From: an uncultured Clostridia bacterium
GTDB lineage: Bacteria > Bacillota > Clostridia > Lachnospirales > Lachnospiraceae
Direction of reading: 5' to 3'
DNA length: 64,000 nt
NCBI GenBank assembly: GCA_947643415.1
Contig: CANRWA010000011.1
Location: forward strand, 19,548 to 83,547
Part shown: piece after piece, positions 36,365 through 45,409 of the stretch
How positions within the stretch are numbered: position 1 is the first letter of the stretch
Layout of the letters: each line of letters begins with the position of its first letter
The notes under the pieces: generated by a model
The model's database searches: none
Seen by the model: only the letters and a program-made list of their open reading frames with translations
What the model was told of the DNA's origin: nothing
Position numbers and translations under genes: made by a program

Positions 36365-37201
36365 ATGAATAAGTTAGAGCTTCAGAAGATGGCTGTTGAA
36401 GTTCGCAAGGGTATCGTGACTGCTGTTCACAGTGCTAAGTCAGGGCATCCGGGTGGTTCTTTATCAGCGGCTGATATTTATACCTATCTTTTCTTTGAAG
36501 AGTTGAATATTGATCCTGAGAATCCGGACAAGCCGGACCGTGACCGTTTTGTACTGAGTAAAGGACATACTGCTCCAGGATATTATTCTACTCTTGCCAA
36601 CAGGGGATTTTTCCCAGTTGAGGATCTGCCGACTCTGCGCCATGTAGGTTCCTATCTTCAGGGACATCCGGATAAGAAACATATCCCAGGCGTAGATATG
36701 TCAAGTGGTTCTTTGGGACAGGGGATCTCTGCTGCTGTCGGTATGGCGTTATCTGCTAAACTCAGTGGTGATGATTACCGTGTATACACCCTGCTTGGTG
36801 ATGGCGAGATTCAGGAAGGACAGGTCTGGGAAGCATCTATGTTTGCAGCACACAGAAAGCTGGACAACTTTGTTGCTATCGTAGATAACAATGGATTACA
36901 GATTGATGGAAAAGTAGATGAAGTATGCTCTCCATATCCCATCGATGAGAAGTTTAAAGCCTTTGGATTCCATGTGATCAATGTGGATGGACATGATTTT
37001 GATGCTCTGAAAGCTGCCTTTGATGAAGCAAAGGCAACAAAGGGACAGCCTACTGCGATTATCGCAAAGACCATCAAAGGAAAAGATATATCCTTTATGG
37101 AAAATCAGGCAAGCTGGCATGGCACAGCACCAAATGATGAGCAGTATGCACAGGCTATGGAAGATTTGAAGAAAGTAGGTGAGTCCTTATGTCAGAAGTA
37201 A
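36365..37201 (+). CDS. tkt: Transketolase, N-terminal (ThDP-binding) subunit
   Basis: SGHPGG, DRFVLSKGH, LQGHP, GSLGQG, GDGE...EA...N ThDP motif. Confidence 0.93.
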   Translation: MNKLELQKMAVEVRKGIVTAVHSAKSGHPGGSLSAADIYTYLFFEELNIDPENPDKPDRDRFVLSKGHTAPGYYSTLANRGFFPVEDLPTLRHVGSYLQGHPDKKHIPGVDMSSGSLGQGISAAVGMALSAKLSGDDYRVYTLLGDGEIQEGQVWEASMFAAHRKLDNFVAIVDNNGLQIDGKVDEVCSPYPIDEKFKAFGFHVINVDGHDFDALKAAFDEAKATKGQPTAIIAKTIKGKDISFMENQASWHGTAPNDEQYAQAMEDLKKVGESLCQK

Positions 37202-38130
37202 AGAAGATTGCAACCCGTGAGAGTTATGGTAACGCGCTGGCAGAGCTTGGCGCAGAATTTGATAACCTTGTTGTACTGGATGCTGACCTTGCTGCTGCTA
37301 CAAAGACCGGTACTTTCAAGAAAGCCTTTCCAGACAGGCATATTGACTGTGGTATCGCAGAGTGTAATATGATGGGCATCGCAGCAGGAATTGCAACGAC
37401 AGGTAAAGTTCCATTTGCCAGTTCCTTCGCAATGTTTGCAGCAGGACGTGCTTTTGAGCAGGTACGGAACTCCATCGCATATCCCCAGTTGAATGTGAAG
37501 ATCGGGGCAACCCATGCAGGAATCTCCGTTGGAGAAGACGGTGCGACACACCAGTGTAATGAGGATGTGGCATTGATGCGCACGATTCCAGGAATGACAG
37601 TCGTTGTGCCTTCTGATGATGTGGAGGCAAAAGCTGCTGTACGCGCTGCTTATCTTCATGAGGGACCGGTATATCTCCGTTTTGGAAGACTGGCAGTGCC
37701 AGTGATCAATGATAAGCCAGATTACAAATTCGAACTTGGTAAGGGCGTTGTTCTCCGCGAAGGAAAAGATGTTACTATCGTGGCATCCGGACTTCCGGTG
37801 GCAAATTGTCTGGAGGCAGCCGAGAAATTGGCAGCTGATGGCATTGATGCAAAGGTAATCAATATCCATACCATCAAACCTCTGGATGAGGATCTGATCG
37901 TAGCATCAGCAAAGGAGACTGGAAAGATCGTTACCGTAGAAGAACATTCTGTGATCGGTGGTCTTGGAAGTGCAGTATGTGATGCACTGGCAGCGAAAGC
38001 GCCTACCCCTGTATGTAAGATTGGTGTCAATGATGTGTTTGGCGAGTCTGGTCCGGCAGTAGAACTGGTTAAGAAATATGGTCTGGACGCAGACAGCATT
38101 TATGCAAAAGTGAAAGAGTTCTGTAAATAA
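37189..38130 (+). CDS. tkt: Transketolase, C-terminal subunit
   Basis: ATRESYG, DCGIAECNM, GEDGATHQ, PVYLRFGR, VEEHSVIGGLGSAV. Confidence 0.93.
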   Translation: MSEVKKIATRESYGNALAELGAEFDNLVVLDADLAAATKTGTFKKAFPDRHIDCGIAECNMMGIAAGIATTGKVPFASSFAMFAAGRAFEQVRNSIAYPQLNVKIGATHAGISVGEDGATHQCNEDVALMRTIPGMTVVVPSDDVEAKAAVRAAYLHEGPVYLRFGRLAVPVINDKPDYKFELGKGVVLREGKDVTIVASGLPVANCLEAAEKLAADGIDAKVINIHTIKPLDEDLIVASAKETGKIVTVEEHSVIGGLGSAVCDALAAKAPTPVCKIGVNDVFGESGPAVELVKKYGLDADSIYAKVKEFCK

Positions 38131-38152
38131 GAGAAATAGGGGTTCATAGTAT

Positions 38153-38199
38153 GAAAACCCCGCCAACTGGCTCGTATGTGTCAGGTGGTGGGGTTTTTC
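38153..38199 (+). terminator. Rho-independent terminator after the fsa-tkt operon
   Basis: GAAAACCCCGCCA...TGGTGGGGTTTTTC stem-loop ending in a T-run. Confidence 0.65.
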
Positions 38200-38357
38200 G
38201 CTGTATGATTGAGAGAGCCAGTGCATCACAGGAAAGCAGCATTCGGTGACACAGAAAAGGCAACCATAAAAGATATTATTGTTATTAATGCGGATAATCC
38301 GGAATATGGTACAGAAGGTGGAGCAGATACAAAAGTTAAGAAATAAAAAGATTCCAG

Positions 38358-38423
38358 AGGGTCGTTTCACGCCCAAATAAGCGTGAAACGACCCTTGATT
38401 TATCACAGGACAGAGCGTATAAT
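38358..38423 (+). promoter_or_regulatory. 15-bp perfect inverted repeat abutting the Rpn promoter
   Basis: AGGGTCGTTTCACGC-N8-GCGTGAAACGACCCT, then TTGATT-N17-TATAAT (38395-38423). Confidence 0.6.
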
Positions 38424-38489
38424 GAAAGAAAAGCAGTACATTAAAATTTGAAAGGAAAGTGAGTATAAAAAGGGATTGGGGGAAATAAT

Positions 38490-39377
38490 GTGGCAGAGAA
38501 AGATATTACAGAGAAGGTGCTGGAGTCATACAATGATGTATTTTCTGATATAGTAAATGTCCTTCTTTTTGAAGGAAAGGAAGTACTGGAACCGGATGGA
38601 CTGGAAGAGCAGGCACCACGTTCGTATTATAAGGCAGATGGCAGGGTGCATGAGATGGAGCGGGATGTGGTCAAGTGTTGGAGGTTGGGAAATATCCGGA
38701 TTGCATGTGTTGGAATAGAAAACCAGACCGGGGCTGACTTGGACATGACACTTCGTGTGATTGGTTATGACGGGGCAGAGTACAGAGCGCAGCTTTTGCC
38801 TGACAGCACAGCTAAGGCAAGATATCCTGTGATAACACTTGTTCTGTATTTTGGCTATGAACAGCACTGGAACAGACCAGTCCGGCTGCTGGAACGGCTG
38901 GAAGTACCAGAGATACTTATGCCATTTGTGAGTGATTACAGGATAAACCTCTTTGAGATTGCATATATGAGGGAAGAACAGGTGGAATTGTTTAAAAGTG
39001 ATTTTAGGATCGTTGCAGATTATTTTGTGCAGAAACGTAACTATGGAGATTATGATCCAGAACCGATGGAATTTACACATGTACAGGAGACGCTGCAGCT
39101 GCTCAGTGTAATGACTGGTGACCATAGATTTGAAGAGGCCTGTAATGATAACAGGGAAGGAGGTCCGCATAATATGTGTGAAGTATTGGACAGAATTGAG
39201 AATAGGGGAATTCAGCAGGGGATTGAACAAGGGATCCAGCAGGGAGAAAATGATTTTGCAGAACTGATGAGCAGCTTGTTTGCCCAGGGGAGGATTGAAG
39301 ACGCAAAGCGTGCCGCAGAAGACCGGGAATATCGGCATATACTTGCTGAGCAACTGTTTCAGACAAGGAAGATGTGA
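38490..39377 (+). CDS. Rpn family (recombination-promoting nuclease / putative transposase) PD-(D/E)XK protein
   Basis: D...VLES..DVFSDIVN start, ERDV...GIENQ catalytic pattern, RVIGYDGAEY, PVITLVLYFG, C-terminal QQGIEQGIQQG repeats. Confidence 0.88.
   Translation: MAEKDITEKVLESYNDVFSDIVNVLLFEGKEVLEPDGLEEQAPRSYYKADGRVHEMERDVVKCWRLGNIRIACVGIENQTGADLDMTLRVIGYDGAEYRAQLLPDSTAKARYPVITLVLYFGYEQHWNRPVRLLERLEVPEILMPFVSDYRINLFEIAYMREEQVELFKSDFRIVADYFVQKRNYGDYDPEPMEFTHVQETLQLLSVMTGDHRFEEACNDNREGGPHNMCEVLDRIENRGIQQGIEQGIQQGENDFAELMSSLFAQGRIEDAKRAAEDREYRHILAEQLFQTRKM
39174..39377 (+). CDS. Putative internally initiated small Rpn C-terminal protein (67 aa, RpnS-like)
   Basis: AAGGAGGT at 39157-39164 lies 9 nt before the in-frame ATG 39174 (MCEVLDRIENRGIQQG...). 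Confidence 0.55.
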   Translation: MCEVLDRIENRGIQQGIEQGIQQGENDFAELMSSLFAQGRIEDAKRAAEDREYRHILAEQLFQTRKM

Positions 39378-39387
39378 AGAACAAGTT

Positions 39388-39575
39388 AAACACCCCACAG
39401 CAAGCTGACGGGGCGTGAAGTTTGTCTTTCGCAGCAGAGCTGCGGGGTATTCGGTCTGTGCTCCGTTTCGGTCGTTGCTAAACAAACATCCGCTGGATGT
39501 TCAGCAACCCTTGCGGGCACGCTCGGATGGCGCAAGCAGGCTTGCCCATCCTCACTTTACCTACGCACAAATAAA
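39388..39575 (-). repeat. Structured non-coding element, copy A (125-bp core at 39442-39566, preceded by GC-rich hairpins)
   Basis: Core aligns without gaps to 53346-53470 (110/125). Multiple hairpins with compensatory changes. Lies between convergent genes. Confidence 0.85.
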
Positions 39576-39610
39576 TATGAAATTAATAAGACTGCAAAGG
39601 TGTCGAAAAA

Positions 39611-39720
39611 AGGGCTGCGGTTCTCAGCCAGCCCTTATTCTCTTATAGGAAAGTTCAGCATATGCGGAGCAAGAACGGCCAAAGGCCGTTCTTGGAGGGC
39701 TGCGGTTCTCAGCCAGCCCT
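39611..39720 (+). repeat. Modular intergenic repeat (family 2), 1.5 units
   Basis: AGGGCTGCGGTTCTCAGCCAGCCCT at 39611-39635 and 39696-39720; shared blocks are identical to 12790-12884. Confidence 0.82.
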
Positions 39721-40595
39721 TATTTCCAAGTCACGCTTTTCAGTAATGCTTCATACTCAGGAGACTCATATTGTCCAAAACCAAACTTAGACTGCCACTG
39801 GATAAAGTATGCTGTTTTCTTATATGTAATTATTGTTATCATGTTTTCAGATAGTTTTGAGTCTGATGTATATGAAAATTTCCATTGTTTTGCCTCTTTT
39901 CCTCCCACTTTAAGAGAGGACTGCATCTGGAGTTTGTAATCATCAAATAATTTGGAATAGATACTCCAGAGAAAATCCGTGGATTCATTTTGAATTTTTT
40001 GTGTATAGACAGAGATGGAATACAAGCTTTTCTTGTCATGGAAAATGCAAGGGATATTTTTTGTTTTACCATGTGTCCAGTCAGATGAAAATTGAAATTT
40101 CATCTTTTTCACCTGATAAGAATCTTTGGAATGTATCTTATGCTTTAGTTTGTCTGTGTTATAATCATACAGATCTATGCTTGATTCGAGCTCATCTGGA
40201 ACATAGTAGGGGATTTTTTTCTTATAATCATTTATGAGATAGACATCCCATTTCTGATTATCTGTATCATATTTTGCTGATATGTTAAGGAGCTTTCCGT
40301 CATTCATTTTTGTTCTGATTTCAATGTAAGTGCCATCCGATTCCTGCTTCATATTTTCATAGGTTGAGGATGCTATGGAACTGTTTGTCAGATCAGCAAG
40401 AGCATCTGTATAACATTGGATCAATTGTGGCTCGTTTGGAATGCTGCCAGTATGGACAGCATCAGGGGATGTAGTAATAATAGGATATGAGACAGGGGCG
40501 AAGGCAGGATCTGATTTGACATATTTTAGAATAAAGACTGCTGTGATGATACCTACTAGGACAGAAATTAAATCTATTTTCTTGCGAAAGTCCAT
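39720..40595 (-). CDS. Hypothetical membrane-anchored protein with a PsbP/DcrB-like C-terminal domain
   Basis: N-terminal TM helix. C-terminal LKVGGKEAKQWKFSY...AYFIQW...YEALLKSVTWK pattern. Visibly AT-rich; AGGAG RBS. Confidence 0.55.
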   Translation of the reverse strand: MDFRKKIDLISVLVGIITAVFILKYVKSDPAFAPVSYPIITTSPDAVHTGSIPNEPQLIQCYTDALADLTNSSIASSTYENMKQESDGTYIEIRTKMNDGKLLNISAKYDTDNQKWDVYLINDYKKKIPYYVPDELESSIDLYDYNTDKLKHKIHSKDSYQVKKMKFQFSSDWTHGKTKNIPCIFHDKKSLYSISVYTQKIQNESTDFLWSIYSKLFDDYKLQMQSSLKVGGKEAKQWKFSYTSDSKLSENMITIITYKKTAYFIQWQSKFGFGQYESPEYEALLKSVTWK

Positions 40596-40688
40596 AAAAA
40601 CTCCTTTCTAAAACAAAGCAGCGTTAAATTATCTGCTTGTTGTGGATACTTGCCTATAGTATAGACCATATACAAATAAATGTCAAAA

Positions 40689-40706
40689 AATGGCGCCGTT
40701 GGGCTA
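40689..40706 (+). repeat. Partial REP/MITE-end-like unit upstream of aroA
   Basis: AATGGCGCCGTTGGGCTA, 16/18 to ATTGGCGCCGTTGAGCTA. Confidence 0.5.
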
Positions 40707-40862
40707 TGAGAGCAACAGTACCTTGGGAATGTACGAAATAGTGTTATATCTGTCTGAGATGTCTGCTTGATAAAAGCAATTTCCTGTGATAAGATGAAAA
40801 TACAGTTTTTAAGCTTGATGGCGGGATTAAGTTGTCGCCGTCGGACTGGAAAGAGGTGAACT

Positions 40863-42218
40863 ATGAAGGAATTCCACATGAAACCATTTGCTGGCAGACC
40901 GGATATTCATGTCTGTGTGCCAGGATCTAAGAGTATTACGAACAGGGCACTGCTGATGGCAGCACTGGCAGAGGGAACCAGTGTACTGAGAGGGATTCTC
41001 TTCAGTGATGATTCTAGAGTGTTTATCGAGGCGCTTCAATCAATCGGATATGAGATCTCAGTGGATGAAGGGCGTGCGGAGGTGGTGATCCATGGCTGTG
41101 GCAGGAAAATCCCGAAAGACAAAGTATCTGTCTATGTGGGAAGTGCTGGGACAGCGGCACGTTTTCTGACGGCGATGCTTGCTCTGTCAGGGGGGGAGTA
41201 CGAACTGGCTTCATCAGAGCAGATGAAGACCCGCCCCATGCGTCCCTTGCTGGAAGCGTTGGAACAGATGGGAGTATTGTTTGAATACAAAGAAAAGCTA
41301 TACTCATTTCCCTTTCGGATTCTTGGCAGGGATATCCAGAAAAAAAATATTTACAATCAAGACCATCAGGCAGGTGCTCTCCAGAAAATTTATCTGAATA
41401 TAGATGAGAGCAGCCAGTTTCTCAGCGCACTTCTTTTATCTGGTGTGCTGTGTGAAAAAGGGTTTATTGTGGAACTGACAGGAAAGAGGGATGCCAGGGC
41501 ATATGTGAAGATCTCTATGAAGATGATGGAGGAGTTTGGCTGCCATATGGAGCAGGCGGGCGAGAATGAATATCATATTCTGCCAGGGCAGTCTTATCAG
41601 GGAAGGGAATACCAGATCGAACCCGATGTGTCGGCGGCATGTTATTTTTATGCCATGGCGGCGGTGAATCATGGTACTGCGCTGGTAGAGCATGTCCATT
41701 TTGACAGTACACAGGGGGATATCCGGTTTCTGCATATACTGGAAAAGATGGGATGCCGGCTGGAGGACACAAAAGAAGGGATCCGCCTGATGGCATCGGA
41801 AGCAGAAGGACTTCAGGGTGTTGATGTGGTAATGAGTGATTTCTCAGACCAGACCATGACACTGGCAGCGGTGAGCATCTTTGCAGAAGGAATGACGACG
41901 ATACGGGGAGTGGGACATATACGGAAGCAGGAGTCCGACCGGATTCATGCCATTGTGACGGAGCTGCGCCGTCTCGGTATTGCCTGTGAGGAGCATGAGG
42001 ATGGGCTGGTGATCCATCCGGGACAGGTCAAGTCCTCTTTTCAGGCACCCGTGATGATCCATACCTATGAAGACCACCGGATGGCGATGGCATTCGCTGT
42101 GGTTGGGACAAGGCAGGAGGGTATTGTGATCTGCGATCCTCTGTGCTGTCGCAAAACCTATGAAGACTATTTTCAGGTATTGACAAATCTGGGGTTACGT
42201 TTACAATTAGAAGAGTGA
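40863..42218 (+). CDS. aroA: 3-phosphoshikimate 1-carboxyvinyltransferase (EPSP synthase)
   Basis: PGSKSITNRALL, GSAGTAARF, RPMRPL, SSQFLSALL, KQESDRI, YEDHRMAMAF. Confidence 0.95.
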   Translation: MKEFHMKPFAGRPDIHVCVPGSKSITNRALLMAALAEGTSVLRGILFSDDSRVFIEALQSIGYEISVDEGRAEVVIHGCGRKIPKDKVSVYVGSAGTAARFLTAMLALSGGEYELASSEQMKTRPMRPLLEALEQMGVLFEYKEKLYSFPFRILGRDIQKKNIYNQDHQAGALQKIYLNIDESSQFLSALLLSGVLCEKGFIVELTGKRDARAYVKISMKMMEEFGCHMEQAGENEYHILPGQSYQGREYQIEPDVSAACYFYAMAAVNHGTALVEHVHFDSTQGDIRFLHILEKMGCRLEDTKEGIRLMASEAEGLQGVDVVMSDFSDQTMTLAAVSIFAEGMTTIRGVGHIRKQESDRIHAIVTELRRLGIACEEHEDGLVIHPGQVKSSFQAPVMIHTYEDHRMAMAFAVVGTRQEGIVICDPLCCRKTYEDYFQVLTNLGLRLQLEE

Positions 42219-42265
42219 AAGGCGAATAGAAACAGCATGATATTTCGTAATGGACGGAGGTTAGT

Positions 42266-44035
42266 ATGAAGAAGATCATAGATATACTGAAGGAAAAGGT
42301 GACAGAGGGATTTGTGAAAGCGGACTATGATGCAAAATACGGTTTTATCACCAACAGCAACCGCCCTGACCTGTGTCAGTACCAGTGCAATGGGGCTATG
42401 GCAGCGGCGAAGGAGTACAAGAAAGCGCCCATTGCGATCGCTGGCGATGTTGTTGCCGGATTGGCAGGGGATGGCCTGTTTGAAAAGATTGAGGCAGTGA
42501 ACCCTGGCTTTATCAATATTACAGTGAGTGGGGCGTTTCTTGCCACACAGGCAGAAAAAATGTGTACGGAGGAGTATTTTGGACTGGAACTGCCTGAGAC
42601 ACCAAAGACGATCGTTATTGATTATGGTGGTGCCAATGTGGCAAAGCCTCTTCATGTGGGACACTTGCGCTCGGCTGTTATCGGTGAGAGTATAAAGAGG
42701 ATCTGCCGTTATATGGGAAATCATGTGCTGGGGGATGTCCATCTTGGTGACTGGGGGCTGCAGATCGGGCTTATCATCACAGAGGTGAAGAAACGTCAGC
42801 CGGCACTTCCTTATTTTGATGACAGCTATGATGGTGAATACCCGTCAGAAGCACCATTTACCATCAGTGACCTGGAAGAGATCTATCCCTGTGCCAGCAG
42901 CTATTCTAAAGAGCATGAGGAGTATTTGGAAGAGGCACAGGAAGCTACTGCAAAGCTGCAGGAGGGGCATCGGGGATACCGTGCTCTGTGGCAGCATATA
43001 TTGAATGTGTCCATTGCTGATCTGAAGATGAATTATGGAAGGCTGAATGTGGAGTTTGACCTGTGGAAGAAGGAAAGTGATGCTGAGCCATATATCCCGG
43101 ATATGGTGAAGAAGCTGAAAGAGGATGGGTTTGCCTATATGAGTGAAGGGGCCCTGGTAGTCGATGTGACAGAAGAGAGTGATAAAAAGGAATTGCCGCC
43201 ATGTCTTATCGTCAAGTCCAATGGTGCCACCCTTTATGCCACAACGGATCTTGCTACCATTGTAGAAAGAGAGAAACTTTATCAGCCAGACCATATTATT
43301 TATCTGGCCGATAAGCGTCAGAGTATGCATTTTACCCAGGTATTCCGTACCGCAAAAAAGGCGGGGATCGCCAGAGAAGATGTCCGGCTTGATTTCATTG
43401 GTTTCGGTACCATGAATGGTAAGGACGGAAAACCTTTTAAGACAAGGGATGGCGGTGTACTGCGTCTGCAGGAACTGTGCCGGATGATCAATGAAGAGGT
43501 CTATCAGAAGATTAAGGATAACCGGGATTATAAAGAAGAAGAGGCACGGGAGATCGCAGAGAAAGTGGGGATTGCAGCACTTAAATACGGTGATCTGTCC
43601 AATCAGGCGTCGAAAGACTATATTTTTGATATTGAGAGATTTGCCTCTTTCGAGGGAAATACCGGGCCATATATTTTGTATACCATTGTGAGGATCAAGT
43701 CCCTGCTCAGTAAATATAAGGAAAATGGCGGTATTCCGGAGGAGACAGCAGAACTGCTGGCACCAGCCAGTGAGAGCGAGACAGATCTGTATCTTACATT
43801 GAATAAATATGCGGACACCATAGAAGGTGCCTATGCAGAACTGGCACCACACCGGATCTGCCAGTATGTCTATGAATTGTCAGAGGCATTTAACCATTTT
43901 TACCATGAGACGAGGATCCTGGCAGAAGAGGATGAGAAAAGAAGGGCTTCTTACCTGAAGCTGATCGGACTGGTTCAGCGTGTGCTGGAGCAATGCATTG
44001 ACCTGCTGGGATTTGAGGCACCAGAGAAGATGTGA
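42266..44035 (+). CDS. argS: Arginine--tRNA ligase
   Basis: NVAKPLHVGHLRS (HIGH), GDWGLQ, FEGNTGPYILY, C-terminal APEKM. Confidence 0.96.
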   Translation: MKKIIDILKEKVTEGFVKADYDAKYGFITNSNRPDLCQYQCNGAMAAAKEYKKAPIAIAGDVVAGLAGDGLFEKIEAVNPGFINITVSGAFLATQAEKMCTEEYFGLELPETPKTIVIDYGGANVAKPLHVGHLRSAVIGESIKRICRYMGNHVLGDVHLGDWGLQIGLIITEVKKRQPALPYFDDSYDGEYPSEAPFTISDLEEIYPCASSYSKEHEEYLEEAQEATAKLQEGHRGYRALWQHILNVSIADLKMNYGRLNVEFDLWKKESDAEPYIPDMVKKLKEDGFAYMSEGALVVDVTEESDKKELPPCLIVKSNGATLYATTDLATIVEREKLYQPDHIIYLADKRQSMHFTQVFRTAKKAGIAREDVRLDFIGFGTMNGKDGKPFKTRDGGVLRLQELCRMINEEVYQKIKDNRDYKEEEAREIAEKVGIAALKYGDLSNQASKDYIFDIERFASFEGNTGPYILYTIVRIKSLLSKYKENGGIPEETAELLAPASESETDLYLTLNKYADTIEGAYAELAPHRICQYVYELSEAFNHFYHETRILAEEDEKRRASYLKLIGLVQRVLEQCIDLLGFEAPEKM

Positions 44036-44083
44036 GGCAGCGGCAGTCCGTGTTTTAGCTAATATTGGAAAGGATGAGAGAAT

Positions 44084-45394
44084 ATGTATCGTGAAACAGC
44101 ACGTCTGATCATGTACAGCAGACTGGGAGAGGATAATATTTTGTTGAAACTGAGTGAGATCTTCGAGAGGACACAGAAATGTGAGGCCGTCAGCAGGGAA
44201 CCATTGGTGCGGGATGTGTATGACCAGGTTTACCGCATTCTTGACCTGTCTACCCGGTATGGTTTTGATGAGAATTTGTGGCAGTGTTACATTGCCTATC
44301 TGCTGGCGACCAATGAGAATCCTTTCAGTATCATATGTGAGACAGTGGGGGCATCGGCAGATGCCACAGTGAATACCATCGTAAAACAGGATATGGATTG
44401 TTTTTATCGGTTGTTTCACTATGATTTTTCAGAGGTACAGGGTTCCCTTGGCGTGGACTGCTTTGATATCCTGACCCATTATCATTCCATGGCAAAGGCA
44501 GAAAATACCTACAATAGGAGTGTCAGTGAGAAAGTGCGTGCATTGGCGGGAAAGCTCCGTGAGGCAGAAGATGGCGCTGGCTTTTTTGATATTGTGACAG
44601 CGTTTTATAAACAGTATGGTGTTGGCAAATTTGGGCTGAATAAGGCATTTCGTGTGATACATAAGGGAGAGGATGCCATCCTCTCACCCATCACCCACAC
44701 AAGCGATGTCACACTGGACCATCTCATTGGCTACGAACTGCAGAAAAAGCAGCTGATTGAAAATACAGAGGCATTTGTGGAGGGGAGAAAGGCGAATAAC
44801 TGCCTCCTTTACGGAGACAGTGGAACCGGTAAATCCACCTGCATCAAGGCAATACTGAATCAATATTATGACAGGGGGCTGCGTCTGATCGAGATCTATA
44901 AGCATCAGTTCAAAGACCTGTCGAATATAATAGAACAGGTAAAGAACCGGAACTATAGATTTATCATATATATGGATGACCTTTCTTTTGAGGAATTTGA
45001 GATAGAATATAAATATCTGAAAGCGGTCATCGAAGGCGGTATGGAGGTGAGACCGGACAATGTGCTGATCTATGCCACATCAAACCGGCGCCATCTGATC
45101 CGGGAGACATGGAGTGACCGCTCAGATATGTCGCAGGATGAACTGCACCGCTCAGATACGATGCAGGAAAAACTGTCATTGGTGGCACGCTTTGGCGTGA
45201 GTATCAATTTCAGCCGGCCACAGAAAAAGGGATTTGATGAGATCGTTCTGGGACTGGCAGAGAATGAGCCAGAGATCACACTGGGGGCTGAGGAACTTCT
45301 TATGAAAGCAAATGCCTGGAGCCTTCGGAATGGAGGGTATTCCGGACGGGTGGCAGAGCAATTTATCACATATCTGAAATCCATAGCAAAATAG
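44084..45394 (+). CDS. DUF815-type AAA+ ATPase
   Basis: ANNCLLYGDSGTGKST, FIIYMDDLSFE, YKYLKAVIEGG, YATSNRRHLI, SGRVAEQF. Confidence 0.85.
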   Translation: MYRETARLIMYSRLGEDNILLKLSEIFERTQKCEAVSREPLVRDVYDQVYRILDLSTRYGFDENLWQCYIAYLLATNENPFSIICETVGASADATVNTIVKQDMDCFYRLFHYDFSEVQGSLGVDCFDILTHYHSMAKAENTYNRSVSEKVRALAGKLREAEDGAGFFDIVTAFYKQYGVGKFGLNKAFRVIHKGEDAILSPITHTSDVTLDHLIGYELQKKQLIENTEAFVEGRKANNCLLYGDSGTGKSTCIKAILNQYYDRGLRLIEIYKHQFKDLSNIIEQVKNRNYRFIIYMDDLSFEEFEIEYKYLKAVIEGGMEVRPDNVLIYATSNRRHLIRETWSDRSDMSQDELHRSDTMQEKLSLVARFGVSINFSRPQKKGFDEIVLGLAENEPEITLGAEELLMKANAWSLRNGGYSGRVAEQFITYLKSIAK

Positions 45395-45409
45395 TGAATG
45401 GAGATTTTT

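Noticed and set aside
38221-38346. 41-codon open stretch between the tkt terminator and the Rpn promoter
   Set aside because: No clear RBS or motif; may be a gene remnant but is unassignable.
38526-39485. 319-aa minus-strand ORF, and similar long antisense ORFs (e.g. 42845-43852, 5552-6451, 37192-37869, 56565-57263)
   Set aside because: These are shadows of well-supported genes on the opposite strand, with no recognisable motifs or RBS.
39442-39566. Structured element as a hammerhead, twister or pistol ribozyme or a group II intron fragment
   Set aside because: The minus strand has CTGAAC and CGAAAC, but no CUGANGA core, and copy B changes GAAA to GAAG. I did not find twister/pistol consensus or an intron domain V.
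42219-42265. T-box leader for argS
   Set aside because: The gap after aroA is only 47 bp, too short, and has no T-box motif.
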